From positions 1 to 56,285 of the IMG/VR virus record IMGVR_UViG_3300010151_000015: DNA of 56,285 nt, one strand, 5' to 3'. Shown here piece by piece: positions 17,202 to 24,833 of the stretch (its first letter is position 1; each line of letters begins with the position of its first letter). Under the pieces are notes generated by a model that searched no databases, was not told the DNA's origin, and saw only the letters and a program-made list of their open reading frames with translations. Source of the DNA: a virus (Duplodnaviria; Caudoviricetes). A program made the translations under genes and the position numbers.

Positions 17202-17945
17202 TTAATGCTGAGAGTCGCGCCGTTCCTGGCTCTCAGCCTGAAGCTGCTGCTCGAGGGCCATGAGGGCCGTTGGGTCCATATTGTCCAGAACCCTTGCTGA
17301 ATGGGCCTGCTGGGCATTGTCCTCTTTAAAGAGACCGCCTAGCTTCGCCAGGAGCTGCCACGCTGATGTCCTGGCACTCGAATTGGTGTCAGGCCCCTCT
17401 CCACGGGCTTCTACAAGCAATCCGGTGCTGACAAGCTCCACCGTTATGCCTGCTGCTCGGGAAATCTCACGCTCCAACGCCCAGATATGTCTTTTTATCT
17501 TCGGGTTCTTAAGCAGTGCGGAGGCTTGGCTTGCTGCTGACTTTTCGCTGTACCCTGCTTTAATAGCGGCTTGTGTGCCATTGTTGGATACGACCCACTC
17601 TCTGATGAAAGCTCTTTGGAACTTGTTAAGGTCCTGATCAGAGTCTAGGTCTACAGGAGGAGGTTCAATGGTTTCCTGGGGTTTGGTGAGCATTCCGGCC
17701 ATAAGACGCTGTAAACGGTCTGCAGCGGCCTGATACGGGCTTTCTGAGAGCTTTGTACCGTTTCGGACTACTGGACCCAGTTCCACCACTTTCTGGAGGT
17801 TGTACTTCCATTGGGCAAAGTTCTCGCAATAGGCCAGTAGGACTGGGGGAGAGTCAAGTATATCCTGGCCTTCAAGGAGATCGATGATAGTGGGCCAGTA
17901 TGCCTGGGCCTCTTTACTCAATCCGGCTGGTTGCTTGGTTGTCAT
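17202..17945 (-). CDS. terS: Terminase small subunit (P27-like N-terminal half + Terminase_2 HTH C-terminal half)
   Basis: C-half: QRAFIREWVVSNNGTQAAIKAGYSEKSAASQASALLKNPKI (classic TerS HTH). N-half: LSKEAQAYW...LLAYCENFAQW...GPVV...ESPY. Confidence 0.85.
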   Translation of the reverse strand: MTTKQPAGLSKEAQAYWPTIIDLLEGQDILDSPPVLLAYCENFAQWKYNLQKVVELGPVVRNGTKLSESPYQAAADRLQRLMAGMLTKPQETIEPPPVDLDSDQDLNKFQRAFIREWVVSNNGTQAAIKAGYSEKSAASQASALLKNPKIKRHIWALEREISRAAGITVELVSTGLLVEARGEGPDTNSSARTSAWQLLAKLGGLFKEDNAQQAHSARVLDNMDPTALMALEQQLQAESQERRDSQH

Positions 17946-18502
17946 GGCTTTCGGCCTCCAAGTAGAGAAGCGATGATCCCGCCAAAACCTGGGATCTGAT
18001 CTGGTGTGCCTCCGGCTGCAACCGCCATTCTCATTGCCTTCTCGGACGATCGCACTCCAATATATTTGTTCACTGGCACACTGAATATTGACAGCATTGA
18101 CGCGATACCCAGGCCGAGCTGCAGAACTCCGCTGGCATGTTCAAGCCCTTCGGTCCACAGGGCAATAAAAATGGCACTCACAGTGATTAGGGTGACTGAT
18201 GACATCGTGTAGATGCAGACCCTGGCGATCATCGGTCTCGTGCTGCTCCCAGGCCCGTCCATCTCAGCCAAGATCCGGAGCTGCTCGGTGTGTTCCTGTT
18301 CTAGCCCCAACTCCGCATCCAGCTTGGCCTGGACCTCGGTTGACTGCCTGGATATGAGATCGATTGCCTGCTGGCCGGTGTTAGCTGGGGTCAGGTCTTG
18401 ACCATCCGGCAAAATGGCGTTGATAACTGGTATGAGCGGTGCGAGTGGAGTTGCTCCCAGGGCTAGGCTGGCAAAGGGCAGTAGCCGTTTCAGGAACTTC
18501 AC
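17942..18502 (-). CDS. Putative holin
   Basis: STRPMIARVC followed by two TM helices and YIGVRSSEK, resembling 3TM-type holins; adjacent to the endolysin candidate. Confidence 0.65.
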   Translation of the reverse strand: MKFLKRLLPFASLALGATPLAPLIPVINAILPDGQDLTPANTGQQAIDLISRQSTEVQAKLDAELGLEQEHTEQLRILAEMDGPGSSTRPMIARVCIYTMSSVTLITVSAIFIALWTEGLEHASGVLQLGLGIASMLSIFSVPVNKYIGVRSSEKAMRMAVAAGGTPDQIPGFGGIIASLLGGRKP

Positions 18503-18933
18503 CGCTTGACCTCTAGTAGTGGGCCTGTTGCGATGTCCAGGGTCAGGTGTTGAATGTCTTTGGTCAGTGCGTAGAAATCAGTGATGGATGTCCGCGAATG
18601 CCCTACTCCGGCCAGATCCGCCATTAAGCTGGACCCCAGGCCGATACAGCCCTGCAGGTCCTTGGCCCAGTTCGCTATGTGGATCAGGATCGCACTCCGG
18701 CCTGGGACCTCGGCCACTTCCCAGAGTTGGCCCTGGTATGCGCTGTCAGCCCCGAATCTAGGGCTGTCTACGCGAATCATGGAGTATGACGCACCTGGGA
18801 TACAGGAGACGTTGGCCATATTGTCGAGCCAGGGCCGCTCGATTGAGTACCAGATCCGGTCCTGAAATTGCCACTTTCCCAGAACACGGTCCGGAAAATG
18901 GGCAAATCTGGTCATTTTTACAGTGTCAGACAA
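18499..18933 (-). CDS. DUF5675-family protein (putative L,D-peptidase-type endolysin)
   Basis: SIERPW.DN..NVSCIP.G.Y and VPGRSAILIHIANWAKDLQGCIGLG, with a His...Cys catalytic pattern. Confidence 0.75.
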   Translation of the reverse strand: MSDTVKMTRFAHFPDRVLGKWQFQDRIWYSIERPWLDNMANVSCIPGASYSMIRVDSPRFGADSAYQGQLWEVAEVPGRSAILIHIANWAKDLQGCIGLGSSLMADLAGVGHSRTSITDFYALTKDIQHLTLDIATGPLLEVKR

Positions 18934-19020
18934 AATATATTTTCTCCTCTACAACCCGCATTTTAGCTGGTCCCAGTCACCTTTTCACTACTTATCTGGG
19001 CCTAATTCGGAAATAGGGGG

Positions 19021-19049
19021 TTGCAATACGAAGGATCTTTCGCTAATGT
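19021..19049 (+). promoter_or_regulatory. Sigma70-like promoter of the + strand early operon, with a palindromic operator in its spacer
   Basis: TTGCAA-17 bp-TAATGT; the spacer contains the near-palindrome CGAAGGATCTTTCG. Confidence 0.6.
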
Positions 19050-19089
19050 TCGGCATTCCGAACACACGCAAGCCAAGGAGAACGACAGA

Positions 19090-20052
19090 ATGACTAAGCT
19101 ACAAGAGATTACAGACCGTAAGATTGAAGCCCAGATTTGGGACCTCGCCAACCAGGGAGCCATTTTCTATGTCTCTCATTCTGGGGGCAAAGATTCCCAG
19201 GCAACCTACCTCTACCTATCCAGTGGCCTCCATATCCCTACAAGCCAGATCGTGGTTGTCCACGCTGACCTGGGTGAAGTCGAGTGGACTGGGGTGAAGG
19301 ACCATATCCGAAACACCATCCTCCATCCCCTCAATGTAGTAAGTGCGATTTACAAGGATGGATCTGAAAAGACCCTGCTCAATCTTGTTGAGAAGCGATT
19401 CGACACAAGGCCCGAAGCTCCCTCCTGGCCCAGCAGCGCAGCCCGATACTGCACTTCAGATCTGAAGCGCGGCCCGATTGAGAAGTTCATCCGCAATGAC
19501 CTCAAGGCCAGGGGCAAGACCCTCGCCGTCAATGTATGTGGAATCAGGGCTGAAGAGTCATCTGCCAGGGCCAAGAAGGTCCCGTTTCAGCAGAATGACC
19601 GGCTCTCCATCGCCAGCCGCACGGTTTATGACTGGTATCCCATCTTCGACTGGTCAACTGATGAGGTGTTCCAGTGCATCGCTGATTACGATGAGAAGCC
19701 TTTCTGGGCCTACGCTGAAGGGAATGACCGCCTGAGCTGCGTGTTCTGCGTGTTCGGATCTAAGGGTGATATCGCCAGGGGCCGCAAGTATCGTCCCGAG
19801 CTGTTCGCCAAGTACGTTGCCCTGGAGGAGAAGACTGGGTACTCAGTATTCGCCAAGGAATCGATCATCGCCAGGAGCAGCCAGTTCACTGTTACGGTAA
19901 CCCACAGGGAAGGCCTGGACACTGAGCAGGTCCAGTTCTTCACCGAGGCCGAGGTCAGGGCATTCACCAGGGAAGAGGTGAAATGGCAGTACACTGATCG
20001 AGTCATCTGCGAAGCCCTGGATATCGATGAGGCTGGTGACTGGACCGCATAG
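19090..20052 (+). CDS. PAPS reductase-family (PP-loop, Fe-S) protein 1
   Basis: VSHSGGKDS PP-loop, RYCTSDLKRGPI, GIRAEESSAR, YPIFDW and RLSCVFC. ATG at 19090 has an AAGGAG RBS; the track's TTG start at 19021 coincides with the -35 box. Confidence 0.9.
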   Translation: MTKLQEITDRKIEAQIWDLANQGAIFYVSHSGGKDSQATYLYLSSGLHIPTSQIVVVHADLGEVEWTGVKDHIRNTILHPLNVVSAIYKDGSEKTLLNLVEKRFDTRPEAPSWPSSAARYCTSDLKRGPIEKFIRNDLKARGKTLAVNVCGIRAEESSARAKKVPFQQNDRLSIASRTVYDWYPIFDWSTDEVFQCIADYDEKPFWAYAEGNDRLSCVFCVFGSKGDIARGRKYRPELFAKYVALEEKTGYSVFAKESIIARSSQFTVTVTHREGLDTEQVQFFTEAEVRAFTREEVKWQYTDRVICEALDIDEAGDWTA

Positions 20053-20106
20053 TCTGACTGATGAGGCCTGAATGGCCGAAACCCCCGAGACCTGGGGGTC
20101 TTAGAC
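20052..20106 (+). ncRNA. Hammerhead ribozyme 1 (type I), predicted cleavage after C20100 (GUC)
   Basis: Stem I GTCTGA/TTAGAC; core CTGATGA (20058-64); stem II GGCC-TGAAT-GGCC; GAAA (20078-81); stem III CCCCC-GAGACCT-GGGGG; then TC. Confidence 0.93.
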
Positions 20107-20136
20107 AATTAACATAAACTGATTAGGAGTACGAAA

Positions 20137-21147
20137 ATGAGGCAACTGATTACATCCGATAGACTGCAAGACCTCAAGGCCCTGGTAGCCAAAGGCCACA
20201 AGATCAACCTGTGCAACGGCCTGGGAGTCGATTCCACCGCTGTATCTGTCCTGCTGCACAGTGAGGGCATCCGGCCTGATGTCATCACCTTTGCCGATAC
20301 AGGAGGTGAGAAGCCTGAGACACTGGCACACCGGCATATTCTGAACGAATGGTACGCCTCGATTGGCTGGCCCCAGATCACTGTCTGCGCCAAGGTCACC
20401 TTGCCTTCCACCAGCTATGAAGACCTGACTGGGAACTGCCACGATAACGAGACTCTGCCTTCCCTGGCCTTCGGCAAGAAATCCTGCAGCATCAAGTGGA
20501 AGCAAATCCCCCAGGACTATTTTCTGAAGGGCTGCAAGGCTCCGCACAACCCGATCCCAGTCCATCCTCTCTGGGCCGAGTATCAGGAGACCGGCCTCAA
20601 GATCATCAAGATCATTGGATACGATGCTGGCCGTGCTGACATCAGGCGATCCAAGAAACTCAAGGGTGAAGACAATGACTTCATTTTCAACTATCCGCTG
20701 CAGAGTGTGGGCTGGGCCAGGGCTGAGTGCGTTGCAGCAATCACTGAGGCGGGACTGCCAGTGCCTGTGAAATCCGCATGTTATTACTGCCCAGCGTCGC
20801 AAAAATGGGAGCTGTTCTGGTTAGCAGGCACTCACCCCCATCTGTTCCTGAATGCCCTGCAGCTTGAGCGCGGTGCATTGACTGGTCACCACAGTCGATT
20901 CGCAGACGATGTTGACTGGATCACCTGGGAAGATCTGGTCAGCGATTACGATGAGTACCCCAGCCTGAATACCTGCGTTGGCCTGGGCAGATCCTTTGCC
21001 TGGAACCAGTGGGCCAGGATCGAAGGGATCGTGGATCGTGACGGCAAGTTCATTGGCAACCGCACCGAGCTTCTCAGGAAGGCTACCGAGCCGCGAGAGG
21101 CCAAGGAAGCCACAGGCGGCAACGCACAAGATGCGAGGACCTGCTAG
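20137..21147 (+). CDS. PAPS reductase-like / adenine-nucleotide alpha-hydrolase protein 2
   Basis: NGLGVDST PP-loop variant, FADTGGEKPET, SCSIKWK, IIGYDA, YPL and PVKSACYYCP. Confidence 0.85.
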   Translation: MRQLITSDRLQDLKALVAKGHKINLCNGLGVDSTAVSVLLHSEGIRPDVITFADTGGEKPETLAHRHILNEWYASIGWPQITVCAKVTLPSTSYEDLTGNCHDNETLPSLAFGKKSCSIKWKQIPQDYFLKGCKAPHNPIPVHPLWAEYQETGLKIIKIIGYDAGRADIRRSKKLKGEDNDFIFNYPLQSVGWARAECVAAITEAGLPVPVKSACYYCPASQKWELFWLAGTHPHLFLNALQLERGALTGHHSRFADDVDWITWEDLVSDYDEYPSLNTCVGLGRSFAWNQWARIEGIVDRDGKFIGNRTELLRKATEPREAKEATGGNAQDARTC

Positions 21148-21167
21148 GTCCCAGGGGCTTCGGCCCC

Positions 21168-21219
21168 GCTGTCGAGAGGTGATGCACCTCTCCTGATGAG
21201 GCCCCCAGGCCGAAACAGC
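21168..21219 (+). ncRNA. Hammerhead ribozyme 2 (type III), predicted cleavage after C21173 (GUC)
   Basis: Stem III GCTG/CAGC; TC; stem I GAGAGGTG-ATG-CACCTCTC; core CTGATGA (21193-99); stem II GGCC-CCCA-GGCC; GAAA (21212-15). Confidence 0.93.
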
Positions 21220-21296
21220 TAAAGAAGTATCTTTCGCAGTATAATTATGCGATGATGCGTCAATACGAACCGAAACTGACTAGGAGAACGACAATT

Positions 21297-22352
21297 ATGA
21301 TGAACCTTCCACAAATTAACCTGGGCCAAGCCACGGAGTTTCTGACTTCATGGTGGGCTGCAGGCAATACGAAGCCGGTAACGCTTTGGGGACCTCCAGG
21401 CGTTGGTAAGTCTGCCGGTATCGCTGCAGTACCAGCCCGACTCGAAGAGATCCAGGGTCAGCCCTGGGGCTTCATCGATGCCCGATTGAGCCAGATGGAC
21501 GCAGTGGATCTGCGCGGTGTGCCATCAATCGAGAACGGCATCACCACTTGGAATACGCCATCCTGGCTCCCCAACGTCGAGCGAGACGGCCCCAGGGGGA
21601 TTCTGTTTCTGGATGAGCTGTTCCTGGCATCCCCTTCCACCCTGGCCGGAGCGTATCAACTGCTCCATGATCGATGCCTGGGTGACTATGTTCTGCCCGA
21701 GGGCTGGGTTGTCGTAGCGGCCAGCAACAGGCCCGAAGACAAGGCTGGCCTGACCAGTAACTTCAATACGGCGGTCAGCAATCGATTCGCCACTCACTTC
21801 AACATCATCTGTGATGTTGTCGTCTGGACTGCCTGGGCCGCGCCTCACGGGGTCCTGGCCGAGGTCATCGCTTTCCTGGGTTTCTGTCCCGAACTGATCC
21901 ATGAATACCCCAACGGCCTGGGCAAGGAAAAAGGGGTCATCGGATTCGGTAGCCCCCGTTCCTATGAGGCTGCAAGCGATATCCTGAAGCTGGGCCTGCC
22001 GATAGATCTGGAACATGCCGCCCTCCAGGGTTGCCTGGGATTCGGTATATCTGCCCAGCTTATCGGGTTCATCAAGATCATCCGCAACCTCCCAGATGTT
22101 GCCGGTATCCTGTCAGATCCTGATAACGCGCCAATACCTTCGGCTCCTGATACCCAGTACGCCCTGGCCGCTTTGTTTGCCAGGAAAGCTACCAGGGAGA
22201 ACCTGGGGGCCGTCATCCGGTTTCTGGATCGCATCAGCTCAGAGTTTACCATGCTCACAGTGCTTACAGCGACTGCCCGTGACCCTGAGTTGAAGGAGAC
22301 CCAGGCCTACATCGATCACAAGATCGCCAACAAGGAGGGCTATGTGGGCTAA
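21297..22352 (+). CDS. MoxR-like AAA+ ATPase
   Basis: Walker A GPPGVGKS, DLRGVP, Walker B ILFLDE, VVAASN, NRF and SPRSYE. Start placed at ATG 21297 after a TAGGAG RBS. Confidence 0.9.
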   Translation: MMNLPQINLGQATEFLTSWWAAGNTKPVTLWGPPGVGKSAGIAAVPARLEEIQGQPWGFIDARLSQMDAVDLRGVPSIENGITTWNTPSWLPNVERDGPRGILFLDELFLASPSTLAGAYQLLHDRCLGDYVLPEGWVVVAASNRPEDKAGLTSNFNTAVSNRFATHFNIICDVVVWTAWAAPHGVLAEVIAFLGFCPELIHEYPNGLGKEKGVIGFGSPRSYEAASDILKLGLPIDLEHAALQGCLGFGISAQLIGFIKIIRNLPDVAGILSDPDNAPIPSAPDTQYALAALFARKATRENLGAVIRFLDRISSEFTMLTVLTATARDPELKETQAYIDHKIANKEGYVG

Positions 22353-22353
22353 C

Positions 22354-22411
22354 GTCCTACTGACGATCTGGGATGGTGACCCAGTGAAAGCCCCGAGAGG
22401 GGCTATAGGAT
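22354..22411 (+). ncRNA. Hammerhead ribozyme 3 (type I, U-U at 10.1/11.1), predicted cleavage after A22405 (CUA)
   Basis: Stem I GTCCTA/TAGGAT; core CTGACGA (22360-66); T-CTGGG-ATGGTGA-CCCAG-T; GAAA (22386-89); stem III GCCCC-GAGA-GGGGC; then TA. Confidence 0.88.
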
Positions 22412-22442
22412 AACCACTTAAACTGATACGGAGAACGACATT

Positions 22443-23315
22443 ATGAGGATTCAAGAACAGGCGTTGCTGGTTAGCGTCACCCTCCACTACTGGAGAAATC
22501 GCAAGCTCGACAAGCGATTGACTGCCAAGGTCAACAAGCAGACCAAGGCCAAGAAAGGGACCATTGGAGTCACTAAGGATCTGGTGGACTGTGCGGAGGT
22601 CAAGCAACTCAAGACCCTCCAGGGCCATATCCGAAACAACATCGTGGATCATTTGACCGTCCCCTGGGGCGATCATGGCCAACGGTTGATCACGGTAGAG
22701 CTGCTGGATCGATTTGAAGATGAGCTGGCCCAGGCCGTGCTTGACTGGGATACGCTGCTTCATGACCTGAAGACCAGCTACCCGATTGCAGTGGCAAACT
22801 CTGCTGACCTGCTCGGGACCGCTCACAATCCAGCGGACTACCCGACTACTGACCAGATCATTGCCAAGTACGGCATTGAGGTTAAATACTGCCATCTGCC
22901 AGATAGCGGTGACATCCGAGTGGATCTGCCCCAGTCCAAGATCGATAAGATTGTCAACAGTGTTGATGATCAGGTGACTGCCGGAATCAAGGAAAGCACC
23001 ACTCGAATCCACAAGCGCCTGACAGACAAGCTCGGGGCGCTGATCGAGAAGCTCAGTGGGTACACGGTAGATGCGAAGACCGGCAAGGCTACTGGGAATT
23101 TTGCTCCTACCCTGGTAACCAACCTGACGGATCTGGTAGACATTCTCCCAGCTCTGAATGTGACCGGCGATCCTGCACTGGCCCAGGCCACTGATGAGAT
23201 CGTGGCCCAGTTGGGTGACCTCAAGCCTGAAGCACTCAAGACCAATGAGTCCTACAGGAAGGATACTATCGCAAAGGCCAAGACCATCGCGTCAAGCCTG
23301 GAGGGCCTGTACTAA
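22443..23315 (+). CDS. Helical phage protein often found with AAA/vWA pairs (DUF3150-like)
   Basis: 290 aa; TVPWGDHGQRL, DYPT..QI..KY and LPALNVTGDP.L; coupled to the vWA gene via TAATG. Confidence 0.6.
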   Translation: MRIQEQALLVSVTLHYWRNRKLDKRLTAKVNKQTKAKKGTIGVTKDLVDCAEVKQLKTLQGHIRNNIVDHLTVPWGDHGQRLITVELLDRFEDELAQAVLDWDTLLHDLKTSYPIAVANSADLLGTAHNPADYPTTDQIIAKYGIEVKYCHLPDSGDIRVDLPQSKIDKIVNSVDDQVTAGIKESTTRIHKRLTDKLGALIEKLSGYTVDAKTGKATGNFAPTLVTNLTDLVDILPALNVTGDPALAQATDEIVAQLGDLKPEALKTNESYRKDTIAKAKTIASSLEGLY

Positions 23316-24784
23316 TGAGCGCCGAAGCACTTGCTAAGGTAACCCAGGCCAGGAAGCGGCTCATCCGAGTCGCTCCGTTCTTTGCCCACAAGGCACTGAG
23401 TCTCCGCCTGGAAGAGTCTACACTGACTGAGACAATGGCCACAGACGGGACCTGCGTTTTTTACAACGTGGATTTTGTCCTGGCCATCTCAATCGTGGAG
23501 CTGTTCACAGTTTTCGCCCATGAGGTATGCCATGTAATCCTGTGTCACCATACCCGCCGAGGAACCAGAGACCCCAAAGAATGGAACGTCTCCTGTGATT
23601 TTGCGGCCAACCTGATCATCGATGCCTACCAGCTTTTTCAGCTCCCCCAGGGTGCTTTGCTGGATCAGGCATACAAGGGCCTGAGTGCCGAGAAGATCCA
23701 CACGATCATCTTTGGTAACAGGCCCCAGGAAGATCCTTCAGATGACTCTCAGGAGCCACAGGAGAGCGATTCGGATGAAGAGGGTGATGATACCTCCGAA
23801 GGCGAGAACGCTCCCCAGGATGACCAGGGCGAGGATGAGGGTGATTCTGAAGAGGGTTCTGAGTCCCAGGCCGGCGATGAGGGTGACCAGGGTGATGACC
23901 AGGGTGATTCCGAGTCTGGATCTGGTGATGATGGCCAGGGTGATGATGGTGATGATGCCGGTGATTCAGCCGGATCTGGTGACCAGGGTGACGATGATTC
24001 TGGCAACGGATTAGGCGAGGCCGAAGGTGAAGGCGAGGGCGAAGCTCCTGCCGGTTCCCCAGGCGAAGGCTCTGCTCCTGGCGAGATCTGGGATGCCGTC
24101 AATGACGATGGTGAGCCGCTGACCCCTTCCGAGATCGAGACTGAAGAGCGCGAAATCGCTGCCCAGGTCTTCCAGGCCCATCAGGCCGAGAAGGCAATGG
24201 GCAAAGGTGCTGGCAACGTCCTCGGTGTTCTCGAAGACAAGCTGGAGCAGCCACTGCCCTGGAATGAGATCCTGCAGGAATATTTTTCTGACATGATCTC
24301 TTACGATTCCACATTCGCTAGGCCTAACCGTAGGTTCCTGCACTCTGGCCTGATCCTACCTGGGCCTGATCAGCAGCCCAACGGGGAGCTGGTACTGAGT
24401 ATCGATACTAGCTGCAGCCTGGGCCAGGATGAGTTGGAGACGATAGCCGGTCATATTAACGAGTTAATAGACACGATCCAGCCAAGCCAGACCACTGTGA
24501 TTTACTGTGATGCGGTTGTACAGCATGTCGATGTATTCGAGCGCGGTGAAGAGGTGGAGCTGGTACTGCACGGCGGCGGCGGCACTCGATTCGATCCAGT
24601 GTTTGAGTACTGCGAAGCCGAGGACATCCAGCCGGATGCGCTGATCTACTTCACTGACGGGTACGGATATGTGACAGTCGAAGAGCCAGAGTATCCTGTG
24701 ATCTGGGTGACCACTGCAGTAGCTCCCAGGTTCCAACGAGAAGCTGACCGATTCGGGGAGGTGATCGAAGTCGAGGCCTACTGA
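23315..24784 (+). CDS. Metallopeptidase-like (DUF2201-type) + acidic linker + vWA domain protein
   Basis: TMATDG, HEVCH zincin motif, WNVSCDFAAN; about 110-aa D/E/G/S low-complexity linker; vWA MIDAS-like IDTSCS, GGGTRF and LIYFTDGY. Confidence 0.9.
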   Translation: MSAEALAKVTQARKRLIRVAPFFAHKALSLRLEESTLTETMATDGTCVFYNVDFVLAISIVELFTVFAHEVCHVILCHHTRRGTRDPKEWNVSCDFAANLIIDAYQLFQLPQGALLDQAYKGLSAEKIHTIIFGNRPQEDPSDDSQEPQESDSDEEGDDTSEGENAPQDDQGEDEGDSEEGSESQAGDEGDQGDDQGDSESGSGDDGQGDDGDDAGDSAGSGDQGDDDSGNGLGEAEGEGEGEAPAGSPGEGSAPGEIWDAVNDDGEPLTPSEIETEEREIAAQVFQAHQAEKAMGKGAGNVLGVLEDKLEQPLPWNEILQEYFSDMISYDSTFARPNRRFLHSGLILPGPDQQPNGELVLSIDTSCSLGQDELETIAGHINELIDTIQPSQTTVIYCDAVVQHVDVFERGEEVELVLHGGGGTRFDPVFEYCEAEDIQPDALIYFTDGYGYVTVEEPEYPVIWVTTAVAPRFQREADRFGEVIEVEAY

Positions 24785-24833
24785 TGATCTGGGGCGGTTC
24801 CCCAGTGAAAACGCCCTTCGGGGCGTTATAGGC
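24776..24833 (+). ncRNA. Hammerhead ribozyme 4 (type I, U-U at 10.1/11.1), predicted cleavage after A24828 (UUA)
   Basis: Stem I GCCTA/TAGGC; core CTGATGA (24781-87, containing the vWA gene TGA stop); T-CTGGGG-CGGTT-CCCCAG-T; GAAA (24807-10); stem III ACGCCC-TTCG-GGGCGT; then TA. Confidence 0.9.

Noticed and set aside
19021-19089. ORF-track N-terminal extension of PAPS-reductase 1 (similar extension at 21252)
   Set aside because: The upstream starts lack an RBS and overlap promoter-like elements; the downstream ATGs at 19090 and 21297 have strong SD motifs.
21154-21167. GGGGC-TTCG-GCCCC as an intrinsic terminator
   Set aside because: No U-tract follows; it abuts the ribozyme and more likely protects the cleaved 3' end.
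23305-23335. CTAATGAGCGCCGAAG as a possible fifth, degenerate hammerhead
   Set aside because: The core is CUAAUGA and GAAG rather than CUGANGA and GAAA, with no stems I or III. It is simply a TAATG stop-start overlap.
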